Part shown: positions 18,933-29,422 of the stretch, one piece after another
Numbering within the stretch: the stretch's first letter is position 1
Layout of the letters: the number at the start of each line of letters is the position of its first letter
NCBI GenBank assembly: GCA_963734495.1
Contig: CAVTHK010000007.1
Span: 399,978 to 463,977 of the forward strand
Length of the DNA: 64,000 nt
Source: an uncultured Spirochaetota bacterium
Lineage (GTDB): Bacteria > Spirochaetota > Spirochaetia > SZUA-6 > CAVTHK01
Reading direction: 5' to 3'
Translations under genes and position numbers: made by a program
Notes under the pieces: model-generated
What the model saw: the letters and a program-made list of their open reading frames with translations, nothing else
Database searches by the model: none
Told to the model about the DNA's origin: nothing

Positions 18933-19957
18933 GGCCCGCCGTGCGGCCCCGCATCGCCTTTGCCGGCTTCCGCCACGTCCACATGCTCCAGTTCCACGCG
19001 GCGGCGAGCCGGCACCGGGGGGTCGAGATCGCCGCCGCGGCCGAAGACGACCGCGCCGCCGCCGACGCGGCGGCAGCCCAGGGCGTGCGGCTCACCCACC
19101 CGACCGTGGACGCGCTGCTCGCGGACGCCGCCGCCTACGACGTGCTCGCGGTCGGCGAGACCTTCGGCCGCCGCGGCGCGCTCGCACTCCGAGGCCTCGA
19201 GGCCGGCAAGCACCTGATCATCGACAAGCCGCCCTGCATACGCCTCGCCGAGCTCGAGCGCGTCGAGGCCGCGGCGCGCGCGAAATCGCTCCGCGTCGGC
19301 TGCCTCCTCGACCTGCGCGACTCGGGCCCGTTCCGCGCCCTCCGCCGGGAGGTGCGCGCCGGCACGATCGGCCGGGTCCACTCGGTCGTCTTTATGGGGC
19401 AGCATCCGCTGATGTTCGGCGCGAGGCCCGCGTGGTACTTCGAGCCGGGCCAGCACGGCGGCACGATCAACGACATCGCGATCCACGCGCTCGACGGGCT
19501 GCCGTGGCTCCTCGGGTCGCCGGTGGCGGAGATCGTGTCCGCCCGCACCTGGAATGACCGCCTCACGCAGCACCCCGACTTCGAGATCGGCGCGCAGCTC
19601 ATGGTCCGGCTGGCCGACGGCACGGGATGCATCGGCGACGTGTCGTACCTCGCGCCCGACAGCCAGGGCTACACCGTGCCCACGTACTGGCGCTTCACGC
19701 TGGCTGGAGAGCGCGGCACGCTCGAAGCCGCTTCGACCGCGAAAGAGGTCATGGCGTGGAAGGACGGCGAGAAGAAGGGCGCGGCCCTGCCCCTCGAGCC
19801 CGCGCGCGCGAGCGGCGTGCTGGACGACTTCCTCGCCGAGATCGGCGGCCGGCCTCACGAGGCGGAGCTCACCACCGAGGGAGTCTTCGCCTCCGCGCGC
19901 GCGGCGCTGCTGGCGCAGGAGGCCGCGCGCACGCACCGGCCGGTGCGCGTCGTGTGA
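18929..19957 (+). CDS. Gfo/Idh/MocA family oxidoreductase
   Basis: [30 protein letters not shown] overlap with the upstream stop. Confidence 0.85.
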   Translation: MRPAVRPRIAFAGFRHVHMLQFHAAASRHRGVEIAAAAEDDRAAADAAAAQGVRLTHPTVDALLADAAAYDVLAVGETFGRRGALALRGLEAGKHLIIDKPPCIRLAELERVEAAARAKSLRVGCLLDLRDSGPFRALRREVRAGTIGRVHSVVFMGQHPLMFGARPAWYFEPGQHGGTINDIAIHALDGLPWLLGSPVAEIVSARTWNDRLTQHPDFEIGAQLMVRLADGTGCIGDVSYLAPDSQGYTVPTYWRFTLAGERGTLEAASTAKEVMAWKDGEKKGAALPLEPARASGVLDDFLAEIGGRPHEAELTTEGVFASARAALLAQEAARTHRPVRVV

Positions 19958-19967
19958 CAGGCTTACG

Positions 19968-21232
19968 TTACCTCGCCTCCAGCAGCCCACTCACCGCCAG
20001 GTCGTAGTTCGGTTTCGTCCCGTCCCACGCCGGGAAGTTGACATCAGGACCAAGGTCAAGGTTGCGCTCATCAGCCCATTCGCGCATCCAGGCGAGGGCG
20101 TCGTCCACCGGCTCCCGTGGCGGATTCTGCGCCAGCGGTCTGCCGGAGGGCGAGTGGAAGAGCAAGGCGCCATCCGCGCCGGTGCTGATGGTCCAGCCCC
20201 CCTCGTGGACCAGATGATGATGGCGGGTGCAGAGCAGCACGGTATTCTCGAGGCTGGTCTCCCCGCCGTGCAGCCAGTGCTCGATGTGGTGGCCGTGCAG
20301 GAACCTGGTGTGGGTGCACCCGGGAAAGGCGCAGCCGCGGTCCCGCACCATCAAGGCCCGGCGGATGGCGGGCGGAATGCTGCGGGTACGGCGGCCGATG
20401 TTCAGATTCTCCCCGTCCCCACCGACGGCCACCAGACCGCAATCACAGGCCACCCTCCGCAGCGTTTCCGCGGAAACGCGGGTGCCGTCCTCCAGGGTGG
20501 CCGACCACTCGCCGTCGGCGCCGAGCGCCTCCTGCTCGAGATGAACCATGACCTGGAAGCGCTCCCCGCCGCTTCCCGTCACCGGATGGCCGGCCAGGAA
20601 CGACTCGGCGAGCTCGACCGCGCCATCCGCCCGGGATGGCCAGCGCGCTTCCGCGGAAACGCCCGCGGCCGGTCCTCCGCCGCTTCCTTCGCCGGCTCGG
20701 CCTGCACCTCCCGGGCACGCTCGACCGCGCGCAGGACCAGGTCCGCCTCGTCGGGCTCGAGCACCAGCTCCAGCTTGACCATTCCCCCCGGCAGCACCCG
20801 CCGGTATACCGAACGCTCCTCCGGCGCCGGCGCCGTCTCCGAGTCCGTCGCGGCTCGATAGCCCCGGCACAGCCGCTCAAGCTGCGCCCCGGTTGCCACC
20901 AGCGCCAGCTCCAGCAGCTTGCCCTCGTTCTGCGGCGTCGCCACTCGCGTGAGGGCGCGGACCTTGGCGTAGGAAAGGCTGGCCGAGCGGAACGCCTCGT
21001 CTATCGCGGGCAGCGTGCCCAGAGCGCGCGCCACCCGCACCTTCTCCCGCGCGGTGGCCGGGTCCCATCCGAGCCGCCAGGCCAGCCAGTGCGCGCAGGA
21101 AACGGCGCCCTGGTCGCACCAGCCGCCGGCCTCGTCGAACTGCCTGATGCATTCCAGCAGGCGATGAGCGGCCGCATCGAGGTGCGCCGACAGGCTGGCG
21201 ATCTCCTCGCCGAGCTCTTCTGTGGGGGTCAT
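19968..21232 (-). CDS. DUF222 domain HNH endonuclease (13E12-repeat-like); frameshift near 20680
   Basis: [73 protein letters not shown]. Confidence 0.9.
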
Positions 21233-21238
21233 GCTTAT

Positions 21239-21267
21239 ACTATACATATGTATAGCTTCAAATGCAA
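21239..21267 (-). promoter_or_regulatory. Leaderless sigma70 promoter of the DUF222-HNH gene, overlapped by a perfect 16-bp palindrome (21240-21255)
   Basis: Minus strand TTGCAT-17 bp-TATAGT-6 nt-ATG; CTATACATATGTATAG. Confidence 0.7.
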
Positions 21268-21308
21268 GGGGTATCCTGAGCCCCGCCCCCGCCCCCCCGG
21301 CAACGAGC

Positions 21309-23766
21309 CTATATGCCGCGCCTGTTGCGCTCGAGCAGGTCGTCCACCGACTGCTTCGTGCTCGGCGTGTGCCCGGGCAGCGGCAGGAGCCGCTCGTGGA
21401 TCGCGTCGACGATCCACTCCTTCTGCGGGAAGAAGGCCTCCTCGAGCTCGGCCGCGGGCGTGATCCAGTTGCGCGAGCCGACGACGACGGGCGGCCCGTC
21501 GAGCCAGTCGAAGGCGGCCTGCGTGACCTGCGAGGCGATCGTGTGGAGGAACGACCCGCGGTCGCAGGCGTCCGAGGAGAGCGCGATGCGCCCGGTCTTG
21601 CGCACCGACTCGAGGATCGGGCCGTAGTCGAGCGGGTTGAGGAAGCGCGCGTCGATGACCTCGGCCGAGACGCCGTAGCGCGCCTCGAGCAGGTCCGCGG
21701 CCTCGAGCGCGCGATAGAGCGTGGCGCCGAGGGTGACGATGGTGACGTCGCTTCCTTCGCGGCGGACGGCGGGCTCGCCTTCGGGCACCTCGTAGTAGCC
21801 CTCGGGCACGGCCTGGAACATCTCGCCGACGTCGTAGAGCCGCTGGCTCTCGAAGAAGACGACGGGGTCCGTGCCGCGCAGCGCCCGGTTGAGCATGCCT
21901 TTCGCGTCGTAGGGCGTGGCCGGGAAGTAGATCTTGAGCCCGGGCACGTGCGCCATCATCGCGCTCCAGTCCTGCGAGTGCTGCGCCCCGTACTTGCTGC
22001 CCACCGAGATGCGCAGCACCATCGGCATCTTGAGCACGCCCGCGGACATCGCCTGCCACTTGGCCATCTGGTTGAAGATCTCGTCGCCCGCGCGGCCGAC
22101 GAAGTCGCAGTACATGAGCTCGGCGACGACGCGGCCCCCGCACAGCGCGTAGCCGACGGCCGAGCCCACGATCGCGCCCTCGGAGATCGGCGTGTTGAAC
22201 AGTCGCTGATACGGCAGGCTCTCGGTGAGGCCGCGGTAGACGGCGAAGGCTCCGCCCCAGTCGCGGTTTTCCTCGCCGAACGCAACCATCGTCGGGTCGA
22301 TCTCGAAGCGGTGCAGCATCGCCTCGAAGAGCGCGTCGCGAAAGGCGAGCATCCGCGCCTTGGGCACGGGCTTTCCGTCGGCGTCGACGGCGAGGCGGGC
22401 CTTTTTCCGATTGGACTCCACGCGCGGGTTGGCGTCGTGGGCGAGGAGCAGCTCCGGCGCTGCGCTCCTCGTGCCGTTCGACGGAGCCGTTGGAGAACAT
22501 CACCTCCCCGATCGCCTCGCTCGACATCGCGATGCGCGGCGAGATCTCGTCGGAGACGGCGCGCTCGACCGCGCGCTTGACGCGGACGCCGCTTCCGCGG
22601 CCAGCGCGTCGGCGTCCGCCGCCGTGAGCACGCCGCCGTCCACCAGGCGCTTGCGGAAAGACGGTATGCAGTCGACCCGGCTCCACAGCTCGACCTCTTC
22701 CTTGGTGCGGTAGCTCGACGCGTCGGACGGGGAGTGGCCGGAGAACCGGTACGTGACCACGTCGAGCAGCACCGGGCCGTCGCCGCGCTGCAGGACCTCG
22801 CGCTTGCGCTCGACGGCGTCCGCGACCGCCATCGGGTCGTAGCCGTCGACGCGCTCGGCGTGCATGGCCGCCTCGTTGACGCCGGCCCCGATGCGGGCGA
22901 GCACGCCGAAGCCCATGGTCTCGCCCGCGGTCTGCCCGCCCATGCCGTAGAAGTTGTTGAAGAAGTTGTAGAGGATCGGGCGGCGCGCCGCCCATCTCCC
23001 TGGGCCACAGCGTGCGGTACTGGTCCATGGCCGCGACCATTATCGCCTCCCAGGTCGGGCCGCAGGCCGAGGAGCCGTCGCCGATGTTGCAGATGACGAT
23101 GCCGGGCCTCCGGTTGATGCGCTTGAACAGCGCCGCGCCCGTGGAGATGTCGGAGGAGCCGCCGACGATCGCGTTGTTGGGCATGCTGCCGAACGGGGCG
23201 AAGAACGCGTGCATCGAGCCGCCGAAACCGCGGTTGAAGCCGGTGTCCCGCGCGAAGATCTCCGCCAGCGTCCCGTAGAGGACGTAGTCGATCCCGAGCT
23301 CGCGCACCCCTCCCGAGGCGCCGGGCTCGACGATGCGCAGGATGCGGCCGCCCATGTAGTCCCGCATAACGGACTGCAGGCGGGCTTCGTCCAGCTTCGC
23401 GACCGCGGAGAGGCACTTGGCGAGGATCTCGCCGTGGCTGCGGTGCGAGCCGAAGACGAGGTCGTCGATGCCCAGCGTCAGGCACTGTCCGACCGCGGCC
23501 GACTCCTGCCCGATCGACAGGTGCGCGGGCCCCTTGTGCTCGTAGCTGATGCCCTGGTAGACGCCCTTGGTCTTGATCTCGTTGAGCGCGGTCTCGAATT
23601 CGCGGATGAGCATCATGTGCCGGAGCACGGTGCGCAGGGAGTCGTCGCCGTACCGGCGGCGCTCCTTCTCGATGTCGGGCTTGTAGGCGTTGAGCGCGAT
23701 CTCGCGGCTCTTGAGCTTTCCTGCCTTGCGGACCTGCGCGGGGTCCACGACGATGGACTTGGGCAT
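21309..23766 (-). CDS. Fused E1 alpha/beta ThDP-dependent 2-oxoacid/acetoin dehydrogenase-like enzyme; several frameshifts in 22400-23000
   Basis: HLSIGQE, HRSHG, GGSMH, IGDG...[16 protein letters not shown]; beta part [20 protein letters not shown]. Confidence 0.9.
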
Positions 23767-23805
23767 GACTCCTCCCTGTGCGGCGGCGCCCGGGCCGCCG
23801 CGTGT

Positions 23806-25006
23806 CTACAGCGCGAGCTGCAGGTCGATCTCCGCGAGCGCCCGGCCGAGCGCCTGCAGGAACCGCGCCGCCGGCGCGCCGTCGACCACCTGGTGGTCGA
23901 TCGTGAGCGAGAGCCCGAGGCTGTCGACGAACTCGATCTCGCCGTGCGCGTCGCGCACCGGGCGCAGCGTGACGGCCCCGACACCGAGGATCGCGACCTG
24001 CGGCGGGTTCAATACCGGGGTGAATGTCTCCACCCCGAGGCTCCCCAGATTGGTGACGGTGAAGGTCCCCCCGGCGAGATCGTCCGGGCTCACGCTGCCC
24101 TTGACGCAGGCCTCGGCGAGGCGCCGCGCCTCTCGAGACAGGGCGGCCAGACCGAGGGCCTGCGCGTCGCGGATCACCGGCACCATCAGGCCGCGCTCGG
24201 TGTCCACGGCGAAGCCGAGGTGGACCGCCGCGTGGCGCGTGACGGCGCCGCCGGCGAACGTCGCGTTCAGGTCGGGGGTGCGAAGCAGCACGCGCGTGAC
24301 GGCGAACAGCACGAGGTCGTTGATCGTCACGCCGCGGAGGCCGTACTCGTCCGGGCTGTCCTTGAAGCGGCGGCGCAGGTCGAGCAGACGCCGCGCGTCG
24401 GCCGACGCGTTCAGCGTGAAGTGCGCGCTGCCCTGGACCGCGGCGAGCATGCGCTCGGCGATCAGCTTGCGCACGCCGCGCAGGGGTGCCGCGGCAGCGG
24501 GTGCCGCGGCCGCCGGGGCGGCAGGAGCTGTCGCGACGGCCAGCACGTCCCGCACGATGACCCGGCCGCCCGGGCCGGAGCCTGCGAGAGCCGCGGGGTC
24601 GACGCCGCGCTCGGATGCGAGGCGCCGCGCGCGGGGCGACACGCGCAGCCGGCCCGGGCGCGCGCCTGCAGGCGGCGCCCCGGCGGCGCGCCGCCGCTTT
24701 CGGCGCGGGCGCGGGGGCCGCGGCTTTCGGCGCCGCGCCCGCGGGCCGCAGCGCCGCTGCCGACTCCCCGGGCGCGCCGATCGCCGCGATGTTCGTGAGC
24801 ACGGGCACGTCGGCGCCCTCGGCGAAGAAGCATTCGAGCAGCGTCCCCGCGGCGGGGGCCGGCACCTCGAAGACCGCCTTGTCGGTCTCGACCTCGCACA
24901 GCACGTCGCCCGCGGCGACCACGGAGCCCGGCTGCTTCTTCCACGCGAGGATCACGCAGCTCTCCACTGTGTTGCCCTGGCGGGGCATTACGACTGCCGT
25001 AGCCAA
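23806..25006 (-). CDS. Dihydrolipoamide acyltransferase (E2); frameshift in the linker near 24650-24700
   Basis: Lipoyl EVETDKA, E3-binding [16 protein letters not shown], catalytic [11 protein letters not shown] start after GGAGG. Confidence 0.9.
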
Positions 25007-25040
25007 CTGTGCCTCCAGCAGGCTTGGGTCGCCTTCTTCC

Positions 25041-25097
25041 AATGACTTTGTCATTGACTTACGCACCAACACTAATCGGCTTTCACTTGGCGGTCAA
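25041..25097 (-). promoter_or_regulatory. E2-E1 promoter with downstream inverted repeat AATGAC-TTT-GTCATT (25041-25055)
   Basis: Minus strand TTGACC-17 bp-TAGTGT; AT-rich island in a GC-rich background. Confidence 0.55.
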
Positions 25098-25172
25098 GGG
25101 GCGGGTCAGGCGGTCACTTGCCGCCTCGGCTGCATGGGCCGCACTCCCGCCGGCCGCCTGCACGGCCCCCCG

Positions 25173-25930
25173 TCAAACCACCTCCACCTCGACACCCGCC
25201 TCCGCGAGCCGGCGGCGGCCTTCTTCATCCATGCCCGTGTCCGTGATCAGGGTCCCGACCGAGCTGATGGGGGTGATGGTCACGAAGCCCGGTCCTTCCC
25301 CACTTCGAGGAGTCGGCGACCAGGATCGTCCGGTCCGCCCTTTCGACCATTCGCTTGAGGACCGCGGCGGCCTCCGGGAAAGTAGCTCGAAAGGCCGTGC
25401 TCGATGGTGAAGCCGTCGGTGCCCACGAAGGCGAGGCGCACGTGGAAGCTGTCGAGGCCCCCGAGGGCCATCGGGCCCACGAAGGCCTCGGTTTCCGCGC
25501 GAAAGGTGCCGCCGAGCACCACGAGCTGGATCGCCGGATTGGCGCGCGCGTACGGGATGACGAGGGCCGAGTTGGTGACGATCCGCACGTCGCGCCGGCC
25601 CACCAGGTAGCGGGCGACCAGGGCGGTCGTCGTGCCCGCCTCGATCATGATCGTGTCCCCGTCGGTGACGAGGGCGGCGGCGCGCCTGGCGATGCGGTGC
25701 TTTTCGTCGGCCCGGTGCTTCTGCCGTTTCAGGATTTCCGGGTGGAAGGCGGGCGAAGCGCCCCCGCGCGTGCGGAGGATCAGGCCGAGGGTCTCGAGGC
25801 GGGCGAGATCGGCCCGGACGGTCACGGCCGACACCCTCGTCGCCTCGCTCATGCGGCTCACGGTGGCGCCGGGGTCGTCGGCGAGCAGGTCAAGAAGCGT
25901 TCTTTCCCTTTCGGAAAGGTTTTCCAGCAT
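25173..25930 (-). CDS. DeoR/GlpR transcriptional regulator; frameshifted C-terminus
   Basis: VSAVTVRADLARLE..RTRGGA HTH, EKHRIA, EAGTTT, VTNS; ends ..ITDTG..AGVEVEVV*. Confidence 0.9.
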
Positions 25931-26046
25931 GATGCGAACAGTTTCGATGCTGATGCGGGCGCTGTCAACCCCCGATTTCTGCCGTCCCCCCCGCCCCGCG
26001 CCACGGCTCGACCGGGCCCGACCGGGGCGGGCCGATTTGACTGGAT

Positions 26047-26098
26047 TTGACAACCGCACCGGGGTCTGTTATAGCAGAGCCATAACACGAGTGTTGTG
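26047..26098 (+). promoter_or_regulatory. ABC operon promoter with near-palindrome at the presumed start site
   Basis: TTGACA-17 bp-TATAGC with TG extension; CATAACAC-GA-GTGTTGTG at 26081-26098. Confidence 0.6.
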
Positions 26099-26196
26099 CC
26101 GCAGCCACGCGTCGCAGGGCGTACGCTGGAAGATGCCTGTCTCCTGTCCGCCCGTTGGGTGCGGGAGATCATGCCAGAGGGAAAGGGAGGCTCTGT

Positions 26197-27526
26197 ATGA
26201 ACGGAAGAGCACTCGGGTGTTCTGATCGTGCTCCTGCTGTGCTGCCCGATGATGGCGTTCGCTTCCGGGCAAACGCCGGCGGCGAGCGCAAAGGTCGTCG
26301 AGATCCGCTACATGAGCCCGTGGGTCGAGGCCGACCCGAATGGGCCGGTTTTCGGAGCCATGGTCCGGAAGTTCAACGCCGAGCACCCCAACATCAAGGT
26401 GGTGCCCGACCTGCTGCCGTCAGCGAACCTGCGCACCAAGATCACGGTCGAGATGGCGGCCAACAACCCGCCGCACGCGGCCTGGTCGATCCTGAGCTAC
26501 GCCCGCGAGTTCACCAGGGCGGACAAGCTCATGGACTGGGCGCCGGTCTATGCCGATCCGAAGCACAAAGAGTACAAGGAGTGGTTCGACGAGAAGGTGC
26601 TCAAGACGCCGACCTACATGGGCATCATCATGATGTCGCCCTTCGAGGCACACGTCGACGGGCTCTTCTACAATCAGGCGGCCTTCGACAAGCTGGGCCT
26701 GACCGTGCCCGCCACCGGTGACGATCTCATCGCGGTCGCGAGGAAGAGCAAGGCCCAGGGCATCGCCGCGAGCGTGACAGGCGGCAAGACGATGCGCTTC
26801 GCGTGGCTGGCTTCGATCCTCCTGGCCCGCACCTCCGGGCTCGCAAACGCCAACGCCCTCGCCCTCGGCGATGCGATGGACAAGTGGAACGACCCGAAGT
26901 ACGGCTTCCCCCAGGCGATGGCGAAGTTCAAGCAGTTCGTCGACGCAGGCGGCTATCCCGACGGCGTGCTCGGCATGGATCAGAACGAGTCGTACCAGGT
27001 CTTCGGCAAGGGCAAGGCCCTCACCTACTACGAGGGCCAGTGGGTGCCGGCCGCCCTCAGGACGGCAGGCGGCGATGAGTTCTACAAGAACGTGCACCGG
27101 GCCAACTTCCCGAAGTTCACCGACATGCCCAACGGCGACCCCGACGTCCTCACCGGCGGCATCATCGCGGGCCAGATCCTGGCCAAGCAGTACCCCGAGG
27201 CCGAGCGACAGGCAGCAATCCTGTTCTGCAAAACGGTGTCGAGCCCGGAGCTCATGGTGCGCAACATGGAGCTGGGCAACAACATCTACGCCGGCAAGTC
27301 GGCATGGGACGACTCCAAGTCGTTCCCGGTCTGGAAGGAGACGGTCGCGGCGTTCCGCGCGGCACCGCGCTTTATCCCGTCGATGGACGCCTTTGCTCCT
27401 CCGCAGGTCGACCTCGCCATCAAGCAGACGGCCATGCCCGGCATCATCACCGGACAGTTCACGGTGGACCAGGCGGTCGCCGAGGTGCAGAAGGCGGCGC
27501 TCGAGTACCTGAAGACCATCAAGTAG
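26197..27526 (+). CDS. Carbohydrate ABC transporter substrate-binding protein (indel in the signal peptide region)
   Basis: Spirochaete-style signal ..AFASGQ, KFNAEHPNIKV, LFYN..FDKLGL.VP; GGAGG before ATG 26197. Confidence 0.85.
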
Positions 27527-27541
27527 ATCTCGCTGCGATCG

Positions 27542-27573
27542 AGGGGCGCGGGGTGCGAAAGCCTCGCGCCCCT
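27542..27573 (+). terminator. GC-rich stem-loop after the substrate-binding protein gene (mRNA stabiliser or partial terminator)
   Basis: AGGGGCGCGGGG..GAAA..CCTCGCGCCCCT. Confidence 0.55.
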
Positions 27574-27599
27574 TCATTCTCCCTCAAAGAGGTGCGACG

Positions 27600-28469
27600 G
27601 TGGGCGACACGGTCGGCGCAAGCCCTGCAGCGGCCCAGCTCCGCGTATCGAGCGCGTGGGCAAAGGGAGCCATCTACGCGGTCCTGATCTTCTTTGCGGT
27701 CGTGGTCCTGCTGCCGCTGCTCTGGCTGCTGTCGTCGTCGCTCAAGACGCTCGAAGACCTCTCGCAGAACGTCTGGGGCCTTCCCAAGAAGATCGAGCTC
27801 AAGAACTACGTCTTCGCCTGGAACCAGAGCCACATGGGGGTCTACCTCCGCAACAGCTTCGTCGCGACGCTGGTGGCGATCCTCGTGAGCACGACCGCCT
27901 CGGCGACGATGGCGCACGCGCTGGCCCGCTTCCGGTTCCGGATCAACCGTCTCGTCTACTACCTCGTGATCGCGGGGATGATGATCCCGATCCACTCGGC
28001 CGTGATCCCGCTCTACCTGATCGCGCTCAAGTGGAAGATGCAGAACAACCTGATCGCTCTGGGCCTCATCTACGCGGCCTTCAGGATACCGGTCTCGGTG
28101 TTCATCCTCGAGTCCTTCATGCTGACGATCCCCAAGGAGCTCGAGGAGTGCGCGATCATCGACGGCTGCGGCTACTGGAAGATCTTCTGGAAGATCATCG
28201 CCCCGCTCGCTCGCGACGGTGTGGTCACCATCATGGTGCTGACAGCCCAGGCGACCTGGAACGAGCTGCTCGTGGCGATGCTGATGCTCAGCAAGCCGAT
28301 GCTCAAGACTCTCCCCATCGGCGTGCTGGGCTTTCTCACCGAGTACGTCAGCTCGTACCAGCTGCTTTGCGCCGGCCTCATCCTGGCGCTGATCCCCAAC
28401 CTGCTGTTCTACGCCCTCATGCAGGAGAAGATCGAGAAAGGGATGACCGTGGGCGCGGTCAAGGGGTAG
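27600..28469 (+). CDS. Carbohydrate ABC permease (MalG-like)
   Basis: YLRNS, IPKELEECAIIDG, WNELL, GMTVGAVKG. Confidence 0.95.
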   Translation: MGDTVGASPAAAQLRVSSAWAKGAIYAVLIFFAVVVLLPLLWLLSSSLKTLEDLSQNVWGLPKKIELKNYVFAWNQSHMGVYLRNSFVATLVAILVSTTASATMAHALARFRFRINRLVYYLVIAGMMIPIHSAVIPLYLIALKWKMQNNLIALGLIYAAFRIPVSVFILESFMLTIPKELEECAIIDGCGYWKIFWKIIAPLARDGVVTIMVLTAQATWNELLVAMLMLSKPMLKTLPIGVLGFLTEYVSSYQLLCAGLILALIPNLLFYALMQEKIEKGMTVGAVKG

Positions 28470-28473
28470 GCCC

Positions 28474-29362
28474 GTGGAGATGAACCCCAAGGTCAGGCGC
28501 AATCTCGCGATCACGCTCTTCCTGCTGCCCGGCGGGCTGGTCTACGTGCTGCTGGTGCTCAATCCGCTGGTGCAGGCCTTCATCCTGGCGACCTACCGCT
28601 GGAAGACGCTGAGCACGCGGGTCTACGTCGGACTCGACAACTTCGTGACCGTCTTCAGCGACAACCTCTTCTGGATGTCGATGAAGAACAGCCTCATCTT
28701 CATGGTGGGCACGACGCTGCTGCAGGTCGCGCTGGGGTTCGGCCTCGGCTATTTCCTGTACCTGCAGCTCAAGGGCTACCGCTTCTTCAAGACGGTCTAT
28801 TTCATTCCCGCGGTCCTCGCGACCGTGGCCGTCGGGTTCGTCTGGGGTTACATCTACAGCCCGGCCTTCGGGCTGCTCGAAGCCGGCCATGGAGTTCCTG
28901 GGCCTCGGGGCGAAGTACAAGTCGCCGCTTGCCGAGCCGGGCATGGCCCTGCTCGCGCTCATCATCGCCCAGGTCTGGCACTTCTTCGGCATCCAGGTGA
29001 TGATGTTCAACGCAGGCTTCATGAACATGCCGCAGGACGTCATCGAGATGGCCTCCATCGACGGCGCCTCGGGCTGGAGGATGATCTGGCACATGGTGCT
29101 GCCGCTCGCCTGGGAGATCACCAAGACCGTCATCATCCTGCAGATGATCGGGGCGCTGCGCTCGTTCGACCTCATCTTCGTGATGACGCAGGGCGGGCCC
29201 AATCACGCCACCGAAGTGCTGCCGATGCACATGTTCGTCCACGCGTTCCAGAACTTCAACATCGGCCTCGGCGCGGTCGTGGCCGTGGTGATCTTTATCC
29301 TCGCCATGAGCTTGACGATGTGCATGCGCGCGCTCATGCAGCGCGAGGCGCTGCAGTATTGA
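28474..29362 (+). CDS. Carbohydrate ABC permease (MalF-like); frameshift near 28880
   Basis: YVGLDNF, FKTVYFIP, EMASIDGA, FDLIFVMTQGGP. Confidence 0.9.
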
Positions 29363-29415
29363 GCCAGGGATGGCGAGACCCGTGGGCGCCAGGGATGGCG
29401 TAGCCCACGGGTCTC
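29363..29415. repeat. REP-like nested hairpin: GCCAGGGATGGC x2 and a 13-bp perfect inverted repeat
   Basis: GAGACCCGTGGGC (29375-29387) pairs with GCCCACGGGTCTC (29403-29415). Confidence 0.7.
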
Positions 29416-29422
29416 CCACCGC

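Noticed and set aside
18449-19957. NagB-Gfo/Idh/MocA fusion protein (502 aa)
   Set aside because: Frameshift artefact; NagB ends at TGA 18930-18932, overlapping the next ATG.
19958-21300. Terminal inverted repeats or target duplication around the DUF222-HNH gene
   Set aside because: Only a weak CAGGCTTAC/CAGGATAC similarity; not convincing.
21956-25072. 1038-aa E2-E1 fusion ORF
   Set aside because: Only the first ~125 aa are E2; the rest is off-frame. E2 has its own stop at 23806 and E1 its own RBS.
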